DNA from: a virus
Lineage: Duplodnaviria > Caudoviricetes
Virus record (IMG/VR): IMGVR_UViG_3300049164_000023
Location: 1 to 41,199 of that record
Length of the DNA: 41,199 nucleotides
Direction: 5' to 3' (one strand)
Each line of letters begins with the position of its first letter. The stretch's first letter is position 1. Positions 9,347 through 18,488 of this stretch are shown one piece after another. The notes beneath the pieces were generated by a model. The model was not told the origin of the DNA. It ran no database searches and was given only the letters and a program-made list of their open reading frames with translations. A program made the translations under genes and the position numbers.

Positions 9347-9685
9347 ATGCCAGCACCAAAAGCCAACCGGACCGAAATCCCCGCCGGCGCCAAAGTCCCC
9401 CAGGACCACCGGCCGGCAAAAGACGACGCCGAAGGCCCCCAGGACTTTACTACCGAATGGGAAGGCCACGAATACAACATCGCCGGCGAATCCCTGGACG
9501 ACGCGGAACTGTTGGAATATTTCACCGATAACAATTTCGTCGGCGCGCTGCGCGCCATGCTGGGACCGAAACAATGGACCGAATATAAGAGGCGCGCCCG
9601 GAACGAACAGGGACGCGTTACGGCGTCCGGCGCGTCCGAATTTCTGGACCACCTGCTGAAAGAAGCAGAACGAAAAAACTCGTAA
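9347..9685 (+). CDS. Tail assembly chaperone (gpG-like)
   Basis: Position between major tail and tape measure; KVPQDH, LDDAELL, MLGPKQW; AAAGGA SD. Confidence 0.88.
   Translation: MPAPKANRTEIPAGAKVPQDHRPAKDDAEGPQDFTTEWEGHEYNIAGESLDDAELLEYFTDNNFVGALRAMLGPKQWTEYKRRARNEQGRVTASGASEFLDHLLKEAERKNS
9673..9679 (+). other. Programmed -1 ribosomal frameshift site A AAA AAC
   Basis: In-frame X XXY YYZ heptamer just before the gpG stop; the -1 frame (KLVTLAYLLVHFPDALEADLQRFY) is open into 9733..10059. Confidence 0.88.
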
Positions 9686-10059
9686 CCCTGGCATATCTGC
9701 TGGTCCATTTCCCGGACGCGCTGGAAGCCGACTTGCAGCGTTTTTATCAAGTGGACCTAGCGGATATGTACCGGGGAACCGTAACCGTTCGGAAAATAAC
9801 CGTCCTGTCTCAGTTCCTGCCGCGCGGCGCGGCGCTCTGGCAAATGATCGGCGGACCGTCGGCGATCACAGACGAAACCGAATCCGCCTGGACCCAGGAA
9901 CACTACCTGGCCACCCTGCTATGGCAGAACGCCGGCGGGAAAGGCCAGCGGCCGAAACAGCGGCCCATGCCTAAAGGGATCAAGGCCCAGAAGGACGCCG
10001 CGCGCCGCGCCGAACAACAGGCCCTGGCCTGGAAGCGGAAACACGCCGGACACAACTAA
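9679..10059 (+). CDS. Tail assembly chaperone gpT portion (expressed as gpGT fusion 9347-10059)
   Basis: ALEADLQRFYQVDL motif typical of actinophage gpT; reached by the -1 frameshift. Confidence 0.85.
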   Translation, partial: LVTLAYLLVHFPDALEADLQRFYQVDLADMYRGTVTVRKITVLSQFLPRGAALWQMIGGPSAITDETESAWTQEHYLATLLWQNAGGKGQRPKQRPMPKGIKAQKDAARRAEQQALAWKRKHAGHN

Positions 10060-10076
10060 AGAAGGGAACCGCGCGA

Positions 10077-13000
10077 ATGGCTGCAGGAATGGGCGTCGAA
10101 CTGGCTACCGCCTATGTTTCGCTGGTCCCGTCCATGCGTGGGACGTCGAAAATCGTCGCGTCCGAACTGGCCACCGCGAACCCCGTCGCCGAATCCGCCG
10201 GCCGGCAAATGGGCGAAAAAATGACCGGCGGGTTCCGCGGCGTCGTCGGCAAAATGGGTTCGATCCTGAAAACCGGCGCCCTGGCCGGCGGCGCCGTGAT
10301 GGGCGCCGCCGGCGCGGTCGGTATCAAAACCGCCGCCCAGATGGAAACCGCGAATATCGCGTTTACCACGATGCTAGGGTCCGCCGATAAGGCGAAATCG
10401 TTCCTGGGCGATCTGTCTAAGTTCGCGGCGAAAACACCGTTCGATCTGCCTGGTCTGCAGACGTCGGCCCAGTCCCTGATTTCAATCGGGATCGATTCCA
10501 GCAAAGTAATCCCGATCATGACGACGCTGGGTAACGTCACGTCCGGCATGGGAACCGGCGCGGAAGGGATCCAGCGCGCGACCGTCGCGATCCAGCAAAT
10601 GAACGCCGCCGGCCGTATCAGCGCGGAGGATCTAAACCAGCTGCGCGACGCCGGGATCCCCGTTTTCGACCTGCTAACAGCTGCCACCGGCAAAACGACC
10701 GCGGAAATCGCGGAAATGGCCGGTAAAGGCAAGCTAGGCCGGGAAGAAATGGAACAGCTGATGGCCGCGCTAGAGTCCGGCAAGGGACTAGAGCGGTTTA
10801 ACGGCATGATGGAAGCCCAGTCCCAGTCGATGTCGGGACTCTGGTCCACGCTGCAGGACACGTTTTCCGTCGGCATGGCGGACGCGATCACGCCCCTAAT
10901 TCCGCTGATCAAAGGCGGACTGGGCGGCGCGATCGCGCTAACCGAATCCCTGATGCCGAAACTGAAATTCGGCCTAACGGAACTGGTCGGCGGGATCCGT
11001 TCGTTCGGCGCCGCCTGGGCTGCGAATGACGGCGACGTGACCAGTTCCGGGTTCCCCGGTTTCATGGAACGGACCGCCTACGCGCTGCGGCAAGTCTGGG
11101 ACGCGATCGGTCCCGAAATGGTCGGCGGGATCCGCGCGTTCGGCGCCGCCTGGGAAGCCAATAACGGGGACGTGACCAGCGACGGATTCCCCGGATTTAT
11201 GGAACGCGTAGCAAACGCGCTGCGGTCCGTCCAGTCCTGGTTCGGCAAACTGGATTTCTCCAGTTACGAAGGATTTATGTCGTCCCTGGGGACGGCCGGC
11301 GGCGAAGTCGGGACCGCGTTCGGGTCCATCGGGGAATCAGTAAAAACCCTGATGCCGGCGTTTAAGGAATTCGGGGACCAGCTGCCGAACCTGGGCGCGG
11401 CCCTGCCGGAACTAGCCGCCGGCGGTCTGAAAATGGTTACCGGCGCCCTGGGATTCCTGGCCGATAACGTCGATACGATCATCGCCTGGATGCCGGCCCT
11501 GGTCGGCCTGTTCATCGCCTGGCGCGTCGCCATGATGGGCGTCGCTGTAGCCCACGCCGTAGCCGTCCCGCTGCAGGTAGCCGCGAATATAACCCGGTTC
11601 GCTGCGGCGCGCGCGGAACTGCAGCTGGCCATAGCTAGCCGCGGAAGCGCGGCGGCGACCGCCCAGGCGACCGCAGCCGAAAAAGTCGGCCTGATCACAC
11701 GGCTGCGGAACACCGCGGCGACCGTCGCTAGCCGCGTCGCCGCGCTGGCGTCCGCCGCCGCCATGCGGGTTATGGCCGGCGCCCAACGCGTCCTGAACCT
11801 GGTCATGAAAGCGAACCCGATCGGGATCGTCGTCACGGCCCTTATGGCTCTAGTCGCCGGCGCGGTCTGGGCGTATCACAATATCGGCTGGTTTAAGGAC
11901 GGCGTAAACGCCGCCTGGGCTGGGATCCAAGCCGCAGCCGGCGCCGTCGGCCGCTGGTTCACGGAGTGGCTATGGCCGAAAATCGATTTCGCGATAAAAA
12001 TGGTCGGCGCCGTTTTCCGTTTTCTCTGGACTAAAGCGGTCGAAATCTGGTCCGGGATCGTCAAATCCATTACGGATAAAATCAATTTCATTCGCGCCTG
12101 GATAACCCGGATCGTGACCATAATTCAGGTTTACTGGGCGCTGGCCTGGGGACTGATCCGCGCTAAAGCGAAGGAAATCTGGACCGGAATAACGACGACA
12201 ATTTCCGGCGCGATCGATTGGGTCCGTACCTGGATCGAAACAAAGATCGGAAATATCCGGCGGAACTGGGAACTGGTCTGGGGATTTATCCGCGATAAGG
12301 CGACCGAAATCTGGACGGGAATAAAAACGTCCATAGCGAATGTATGGAATCTCGGCATAAAGCCAATCTGGGATACCATAATGCGCGTAATAAAAGAAGA
12401 CGTCCCGAACGCGTTCCGTAAAGGCGTAGATTTCATAAAGGAAATCTGGAATGGCATAAAATCGATCGCCAAAAAACCGATTTCGTTCATTATAAATACG
12501 GTTCTGAACGACGGTCTGATCGGCGCCTATAACAAAGTTGCGGATTTCCTGAAAATAGGGAAAATCGACCCGATCAAGATTCCCGGGTTCGCGCGCGGCG
12601 GCATTCTCGACGGATACGAATCCCGGAAGCGCGACACCGTTCTAACGCCCATGCGTCCGGGCGAAGGTGTCCTGGTCCCGGAAGTAGTCCGCGGGATCGG
12701 CGCCGCGACGGTCCACGCGCTGAACGCTGCAGGGAACCGCGGCGGCGTCGCTGCGGTTCGCGCCATGATGCACCCCGGCCGCGCTAAAGGCGGACTGATC
12801 CATCCGGTCCCGTCCGGCATTATTTCCAGCGGCTACCGGACCGCAGCGCGGCCCGATCACGACGGTATCGACTACGCGGCGCCCACCGGGACCCCGATCC
12901 GCGCCGCCGCGGCCGGGTCCGTCCTGGCCGCTGGCTGGGGATCCGGCGGCGCTGGAAACATGGTCCAGCTGCAGCATATGGGCGGACTCACGACGCTTTA

Positions 13001-14132
13001 TTACCATATGTCCCGGGTCCTGGCCCGGATCGGCCAGGCGGTAACCGCCGGATCCACGATCGGCGCCGTCGGTTCGACAGGTAATTCGACCGGCCCCCAC
13101 CTGCACTTTACGACTCGGATCAACGGCCGGGACGTGAACCCCGCCGGCCTGTTGTCCGGCAAAGTCCAGCCCGACGGCGGCGGCGGCGGCTGGGGATTCC
13201 TGAACCCGTTCGACGCCCTGCTGAAATGGGCGAAGGACCAGTTTTCGAAGGCGTTCCCGGAAGCCGGGAAATTCGTCGATATGGCGATCGGCGCCGGATC
13301 CAAGCTGATCGAAGGCGGCATGGATTGGGCGAAAAACGCCCTGGCCGGCGCCCTGGATTTCCTGAACCCGTTCAACAAGCCGAACCGCAAAGCCAAGACC
13401 GCCGGCCCGTTGCCGCCGCAGCCCGGGGAATCGCCCTGGCTGTTCGGATTCCATGATCACGTCCGGAAAGCCGGCGCCGCCCGTTACACGCCGCTAAACG
13501 ACGGGACCGAACCCTGGGACGTTCCCGGCGCCGCTGCGGCCTGGGACGACAAATCCGCGATCGACGTCGCCGCCGGTCGCGGAGCGTACCAGGGTTACGT
13601 CCGCCGCGGACCGATCGGACGGTTCACGTTCGGCCCGTCCACACTGGCCCATGCCTACGAAGGCGCGATCGGTTTTAACCCGGCGAACATGGCCCATAGT
13701 CCGGCGTATCTGCGCGCCACGGCGATGCACGAAATCGGCCACACTCTGGGACTGCCCCACACTAGCCGGCCGTCCATTATGCAGCCGTCCATTCAGAACC
13801 ATATGCAGCCGACGGCGTTCGACATCCAGAACCTGAACCGGCTATATCCCGGCATGGCGCGCGGCGGCGTCGTCCCGCAGCTGTTCGATTCCGGCGGCTG
13901 GCTGGAATCCCGGGCGGAACCGCAGCTGGTAGCGAACCACACCGGCCGGCGCGAACGGATCCTGGACCCCCAGGAATCCGACGTCTGGGAATCGCTGGAA
14001 TCCGGGGAACTCGGCCGCGGGGACACATTCAACCTGTACGGCGTCCCGATGGACCAAACCCAGGAAGTAGTCCACTCGATCATGTTCGAAAAAAAGCGTC
14101 GTCGCCGCGGCGGCGTCCACAACGGACAGTAG
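10077..14132 (+). CDS. Tape measure protein with M23 peptidase and metzincin-type metallopeptidase domains
   Basis: ELATAYVSLVPS start, FAAKTPF tape-measure domain, Trp-periodic helical repeats, HDGID...GNSTGPHLHF (M23), HEIGHTLGLPH + SIMQP (metzincin). Confidence 0.95.
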   Translation: MAAGMGVELATAYVSLVPSMRGTSKIVASELATANPVAESAGRQMGEKMTGGFRGVVGKMGSILKTGALAGGAVMGAAGAVGIKTAAQMETANIAFTTMLGSADKAKSFLGDLSKFAAKTPFDLPGLQTSAQSLISIGIDSSKVIPIMTTLGNVTSGMGTGAEGIQRATVAIQQMNAAGRISAEDLNQLRDAGIPVFDLLTAATGKTTAEIAEMAGKGKLGREEMEQLMAALESGKGLERFNGMMEAQSQSMSGLWSTLQDTFSVGMADAITPLIPLIKGGLGGAIALTESLMPKLKFGLTELVGGIRSFGAAWAANDGDVTSSGFPGFMERTAYALRQVWDAIGPEMVGGIRAFGAAWEANNGDVTSDGFPGFMERVANALRSVQSWFGKLDFSSYEGFMSSLGTAGGEVGTAFGSIGESVKTLMPAFKEFGDQLPNLGAALPELAAGGLKMVTGALGFLADNVDTIIAWMPALVGLFIAWRVAMMGVAVAHAVAVPLQVAANITRFAAARAELQLAIASRGSAAATAQATAAEKVGLITRLRNTAATVASRVAALASAAAMRVMAGAQRVLNLVMKANPIGIVVTALMALVAGAVWAYHNIGWFKDGVNAAWAGIQAAAGAVGRWFTEWLWPKIDFAIKMVGAVFRFLWTKAVEIWSGIVKSITDKINFIRAWITRIVTIIQVYWALAWGLIRAKAKEIWTGITTTISGAIDWVRTWIETKIGNIRRNWELVWGFIRDKATEIWTGIKTSIANVWNLGIKPIWDTIMRVIKEDVPNAFRKGVDFIKEIWNGIKSIAKKPISFIINTVLNDGLIGAYNKVADFLKIGKIDPIKIPGFARGGILDGYESRKRDTVLTPMRPGEGVLVPEVVRGIGAATVHALNAAGNRGGVAAVRAMMHPGRAKGGLIHPVPSGIISSGYRTAARPDHDGIDYAAPTGTPIRAAAAGSVLAAGWGSGGAGNMVQLQHMGGLTTLYYHMSRVLARIGQAVTAGSTIGAVGSTGNSTGPHLHFTTRINGRDVNPAGLLSGKVQPDGGGGGWGFLNPFDALLKWAKDQFSKAFPEAGKFVDMAIGAGSKLIEGGMDWAKNALAGALDFLNPFNKPNRKAKTAGPLPPQPGESPWLFGFHDHVRKAGAARYTPLNDGTEPWDVPGAAAAWDDKSAIDVAAGRGAYQGYVRRGPIGRFTFGPSTLAHAYEGAIGFNPANMAHSPAYLRATAMHEIGHTLGLPHTSRPSIMQPSIQNHMQPTAFDIQNLNRLYPGMARGGVVPQLFDSGGWLESRAEPQLVANHTGRRERILDPQESDVWESLESGELGRGDTFNLYGVPMDQTQEVVHSIMFEKKRRRRGGVHNGQ
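10984..11235 (+). repeat. Tandem 135-bp (45-aa) duplication within tape measure
   Basis: GGIRSFGAAWAANDGDVTSSGFPGFMER vs GGIRAFGAAWEANNGDVTSDGFPGFMER; DNA copies start at 10984 and 11119. Confidence 0.9.
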
Positions 14133-14141
14133 GGAAACGGT

Positions 14142-14999
14142 ATGGCGAACGGGGATCTGTTTATCGGCGGCTACACCATCGGCCCGGACCAGGCTGTTTT
14201 CGCCCAGGACGTAGACCCGGGATACCCGGAAATCCGGGTCCAGGACAAAGAAGCGTCGAACGGCGATCACCGGTTTTTCGGCCGGGACTATCTGACGCCG
14301 CCTATCTGGTCCATGACTCTAGTTGTCAACCAGGACACGCCGGAAAACGGTCTGGCCGTCCTGTCCCAGCTGGCCGGGATCTGGCGGGACAAAACGGTCC
14401 GCCTGGTCCCGAATGCGGAAACGACGCTGGGATACGAAATCGCCGGCCGGCAACGCATGGTTTACGGCCGGCCCCGGAAATTCGCCTATAACCCCTCCGG
14501 GTTCGACGACGGCGTTACGACGGCGACCGCAGAATTCGCGACGTCGGATCCGCTGTTCTACGCGATGGAACAACAGTCCCGGCGCGTGACCCTGGTCCCG
14601 GCGATTACCGGCGGTTTCCTGGTCCCGTTCGACGTCCCGATCTACACGGAAACGACGGCCGAAATCCAGGGAACGATCCAGGACGTCGGCGGCGACGAAC
14701 CGACCCCGTTCGAACTGCTGATCCATGGCCCCGTCCGGAACCCCTACGCCTACGGCAACGGCTGGGAAATCCGCCTGTCGTCGGTCCTGGGACCGAACGA
14801 ATGGGTAACCGTCAACACTCGCACCATGACGGCCCTACGAAACGACGGCGTTTCCCTGGCCGGCTATTTGTCCCGCGGAACGCGCCTGGCGGACGCGCGG
14901 CTAACCCCTGGTCCCGACCGTTTCGTTTTCGGCGGGATCGACAACACCGGAACCGCGTATGCCGAACTTTACTGGCATGCCGCATTCAACGGATTTTAG
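14142..14999 (+). CDS. Minor tail protein (distal tail, Dit-like)
   Basis: First gene after tape measure; FGRDY, RMVYGRPRK, DPLFY, IHGPVRNP. Confidence 0.85.
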   Translation: MANGDLFIGGYTIGPDQAVFAQDVDPGYPEIRVQDKEASNGDHRFFGRDYLTPPIWSMTLVVNQDTPENGLAVLSQLAGIWRDKTVRLVPNAETTLGYEIAGRQRMVYGRPRKFAYNPSGFDDGVTTATAEFATSDPLFYAMEQQSRRVTLVPAITGGFLVPFDVPIYTETTAEIQGTIQDVGGDEPTPFELLIHGPVRNPYAYGNGWEIRLSSVLGPNEWVTVNTRTMTALRNDGVSLAGYLSRGTRLADARLTPGPDRFVFGGIDNTGTAYAELYWHAAFNGF

Positions 15000-15010
15000 G
15001 AGGGAAAACT

Positions 15011-15982
15011 ATGGCTGGCGAAGGCGTTCCATGGATGATCAACGGCGCGCGGCATCCCGGCGAAGTCGGCCGGCGTATGGCCTGGGCGGCGACTAAGGGC
15101 GAACGCGGCGTGATCCAGCCGACGGACTGCAAAGTCCGCGCCCTGGTGACCCCCGGCGCGTTCGTCGTCGTCAATCCCGGCGGGATCGCGATCCGGAACA
15201 CCTATCCCGGCGGATCCGGACAGTCTTACCTAATCCATATCGGGACGACGATAAACGTCCCGATCGCGGCGACCGGAGGGTCCGCGCGAACCGATTATGT
15301 GATCGCCCGGATTTCCGATCCGCAGTATGCCGGCGCGATCCCGGCGGACCCTGAAAACGGTCCTTACTGGTGGATCGAAACCGTCCCGTCGATCACCGGA
15401 CTGACCTACCCGTTCGAACTGCTGGCGTCGGTTACGATCCCGGCGAACACGGCGACGATCACCGGCGCCATGATCACGGACCGCCGGCGTATCGCCATGG
15501 CCAGGACCGATTTCACGGACCTGGATCACCCCGTCGTCGCCGCGGACGCCCAGACCCTGACGGCGACGTCGGACTATCCGGCCGGCGGGACCACCTGGCC
15601 GTTATCGGCCGAACGCGACTGGCAGACCGTAGACATTCCGGACTGGGCGGTCTACGCGAAAATCCGGCTGGACTGGTCCGGAGTGAAATCCCCGCCCGGG
15701 AACGCCTGGGGATGGGTCTGGGTCCAGCTGGCGCCGACCGTGAACCCGGACAACAGGAAAACCCAGGGAACGTTCTATGACACGACGGGGAACACGACGA
15801 CGGCGCGAATCCATCTCATGGCCGCAGACACGATCTACATCCCGCCGGCGCTGCGCGGAACCGCCCAGAAGATTTACCCGCGCGGGAACGTGAACAGCGG
15901 ATCCCAGTCGGCCGGCCGGCTACATATCGACGGCGGGACGACGCTGGACCTGTCCATTAAGTGGCTGGAAATGCCCGACTGA
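15011..15982 (+). CDS. Minor tail / baseplate protein
   Basis: AGGAGG SD then ATG 15011; ARTDYVIARISDPQY, LASVTIPANTATIT.AMITDRR. Confidence 0.85.
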   Translation: MAGEGVPWMINGARHPGEVGRRMAWAATKGERGVIQPTDCKVRALVTPGAFVVVNPGGIAIRNTYPGGSGQSYLIHIGTTINVPIAATGGSARTDYVIARISDPQYAGAIPADPENGPYWWIETVPSITGLTYPFELLASVTIPANTATITGAMITDRRRIAMARTDFTDLDHPVVAADAQTLTATSDYPAGGTTWPLSAERDWQTVDIPDWAVYAKIRLDWSGVKSPPGNAWGWVWVQLAPTVNPDNRKTQGTFYDTTGNTTTARIHLMAADTIYIPPALRGTAQKIYPRGNVNSGSQSAGRLHIDGGTTLDLSIKWLEMPD

Positions 15983-17544
15983 TGTCTACCGGCTGGCACT
16001 ACATAGCGACCCGGATCCACGGCGACGGGACCGAAACGCCCCTGGATTTCGACGTCCCGATCAGCGGCGCCGAAATCACGATCGAACTGTCCGGTCCCGG
16101 CGGCGTGACCGGCACGATCGCCCCGGAAATCCTGGCCCTGAAAGACGACGACGGCCGGCCGATCCTCACCCCCTGGAATACGGCGATCTATGCGGAACTG
16201 GACGGCGTAATCCGCGGCGGCGGGATCCTGGTCGAACCGGAGGAACACGGCCCGGACCTGATCATCGACGCGATGGGTTTTTCGGCCTACCCGTCCGGAC
16301 AATGCCACGTAGGCCAGTATTCGAAAATCGGGATCGACCCGCTGGACGCGGCGCGGCATATCTGGGAACACCTGCAATCCCAGCCGGCCGGGAACCTGGG
16401 ACTGGTCCTGGACGACACGATTTCCCCGGTCCGGGTCGGCATTCCGGAGGATCCGAAACTGACGTCCGCCAGGACCGCCGAACACAAGGCCCGGACCGCC
16501 TACGAAGCGGACAAGGCCGACCGCCTGAAACTGGACAACGCCGTTAAGGCTGCGGAAATCGACGTCCTGAACGCGGAAAAATCCATCTTCAAAGCGGCCG
16601 GCGTCACCTGGGCGGACGACAGCCGGATCATCGAACAGTCCACGGCGCCCAGCGGCGGATCCGCGGATCCGAACAATATCTGGATCGATAAGGACGACGG
16701 GAAGGTCTACAAATACAGCGGCGGGAAATGGGTCGAACTGTCGAAATCCGCGTCCGCGCTGGTGAAGGACCGGCGGACGATCTGGACCCGGACCCAAGCG
16801 ACCCTGGCCGACCTGAAAAAAGACCGCGACGCGGCGAAAGCCGTCGAAACGAAATCAAAGGACACCTGGGACGCAGCCGCGGCACGGCTACGCGACGAAG
16901 CCGGCGGCGCCGCCCAGCCCTACGTCCTGGCCGCATGGCTGAACCAGGACCTGGGCGAACAGTTCGACGAACTGGCCAAGACCACGCCGTTCGAATACCT
17001 GGTCGAACACTACTGGGACCGGGACCCGGAACTGGCCGTAATCCATCACGAAATGCGGCTGGGATACCCGCGCCTGGGACGGCGCCGGCACGATCTGCGG
17101 TTCGTCGTCGGCGAAAACGTCCTGATCCCGCCGCCTGTCACCTGGGACGGGTCGGAATACGCGTCCGAAATCCTGGTGATCGGCGCCGGCGAGGGACGGA
17201 CGACGGTAATCGGCCACGTTCACGCGCCGAAACCTACCGGCCGGCTGCGGCGCGTGAAAGCGGTCGAAGCCAAACACCTACCAAGCAAAGGCGCCGCGGA
17301 ACGCTACGGCGCCGCGGAGGTCCGCCGGTCCAGCGGCGAACCCGGATTCGGCGAAGAAATCGTCGTCCGCGATTCCGCCAGCGCGCGGATCGGATCCTAC
17401 CGTCCCGGCGACGAAATCCTGATCCAGAACACCGATGGATGGTCCGCCGGCCGCGACATCTGGGTCCGGATCCTGGCGGTCCGGCATAACCCCGAATCCG
17501 GCGAAACGAACCTGAACGTCACTAGAGCCGAAAAGGTGGAATGA
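15982..17544 (+). CDS. Minor tail protein (baseplate hub-like) with coiled-coil insertion
   Basis: TGATG coupling; LSGPGG, IRGGGI, LGYPRLGRRR, RFVVGENV, GAGEG, SYRPGDEI. Confidence 0.85.
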   Translation: MSTGWHYIATRIHGDGTETPLDFDVPISGAEITIELSGPGGVTGTIAPEILALKDDDGRPILTPWNTAIYAELDGVIRGGGILVEPEEHGPDLIIDAMGFSAYPSGQCHVGQYSKIGIDPLDAARHIWEHLQSQPAGNLGLVLDDTISPVRVGIPEDPKLTSARTAEHKARTAYEADKADRLKLDNAVKAAEIDVLNAEKSIFKAAGVTWADDSRIIEQSTAPSGGSADPNNIWIDKDDGKVYKYSGGKWVELSKSASALVKDRRTIWTRTQATLADLKKDRDAAKAVETKSKDTWDAAAARLRDEAGGAAQPYVLAAWLNQDLGEQFDELAKTTPFEYLVEHYWDRDPELAVIHHEMRLGYPRLGRRRHDLRFVVGENVLIPPPVTWDGSEYASEILVIGAGEGRTTVIGHVHAPKPTGRLRRVKAVEAKHLPSKGAAERYGAAEVRRSSGEPGFGEEIVVRDSASARIGSYRPGDEILIQNTDGWSAGRDIWVRILAVRHNPESGETNLNVTRAEKVE

Positions 17545-17547
17545 CCC

Positions 17548-18471
17548 ATGGCCACCCCCAGGAAGCCCCAGACATCACGCGCGACCCGGGACCTGGCCGA
17601 CGAACTAAACCGCCTGGACCAGCGCGTCCGGAACCTGGCGAAACCCCAGCTGGCGCATTCGGCGATCGAAGGCGGCGCGATCGAAGGTTACGACCCGATC
17701 ACCGGGAACCTAACGTCGATCATCGGGGAACAGTTCGACGGGTCCCACGGCGCCTATCCGGTAACAGGCCCGGTCCCGGCGGCGCCGGCCGCGTTCCTGG
17801 TGATCCCCGGCCTGGAATCCCTAACGGTCCGCTGGGACGGCGTATTCGGGAACGTCTACGGGGATCCGGACATCACGATCACGCCGACCATGGATCACGC
17901 CCGGGTCGAAATCCATGTGTCCGAAGACCCGGCGTTCGAACCGATCACCGCGGACACGCTCAAAGGCACGATCGAAAGTCCGCGCGGCGGCGAACTGGTG
18001 ATCCAGCCGCTGGAAGCGAAAACGGCCGACGGCCAGCCGCGGACCTATTACGTCCGCCTGGTTACGCGGACCCTGGCCGGGAAATCCAGTCCGCCGTCCC
18101 CTGTTGCATCCGGGACACCGTTCGCCCCGTCCCAAATCGTCCTGGACGAAATCGACGCCGCCCAGACAGTGATCCGCAACGCCGGCGACATCATGGTCGG
18201 CGAGGGCGAGGGGACCGCACTGGGCGAACAGCTGGAAATGACGTCCCAGGACATCCAGGGACTGACCGGCCGGCTGGATAACGAAATCCTGCCGGCGATC
18301 GATGAAGCCGCGGCCAGCCCGATAACTGATTCCCGGCTGCAAGCCGGATCCCTGTCGGTCTGGCCGTTCACGCCGGACGCGATCCCGCCGGGAACCATCG
18401 GCGGAACTGAACTGGCCGATTTCTCAATCCTCGTTACCAAGCTCAACACCAACCGTCACCACCTCTACTAA
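17548..18471 (+). CDS. Minor tail protein (FN3-like domain plus fibre segment)
   Basis: RLDQRVRNL..PQLAHSAIEGG N-terminus; LTVRWDG...YYVRLV..LAGKSSPPS FN3-like; C-terminal KLNTNRHHLY. Confidence 0.8.
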   Translation: MATPRKPQTSRATRDLADELNRLDQRVRNLAKPQLAHSAIEGGAIEGYDPITGNLTSIIGEQFDGSHGAYPVTGPVPAAPAAFLVIPGLESLTVRWDGVFGNVYGDPDITITPTMDHARVEIHVSEDPAFEPITADTLKGTIESPRGGELVIQPLEAKTADGQPRTYYVRLVTRTLAGKSSPPSPVASGTPFAPSQIVLDEIDAAQTVIRNAGDIMVGEGEGTALGEQLEMTSQDIQGLTGRLDNEILPAIDEAAASPITDSRLQAGSLSVWPFTPDAIPPGTIGGTELADFSILVTKLNTNRHHLY

Positions 18472-18488
18472 GGGAAGGCAATTCCGCT

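Noticed and set aside
14801-15010. N-terminal extension of the 393-aa ORF
   Set aside because: Overlaps the Dit-like gene; the strong AGGAGG SD supports a start at 15011
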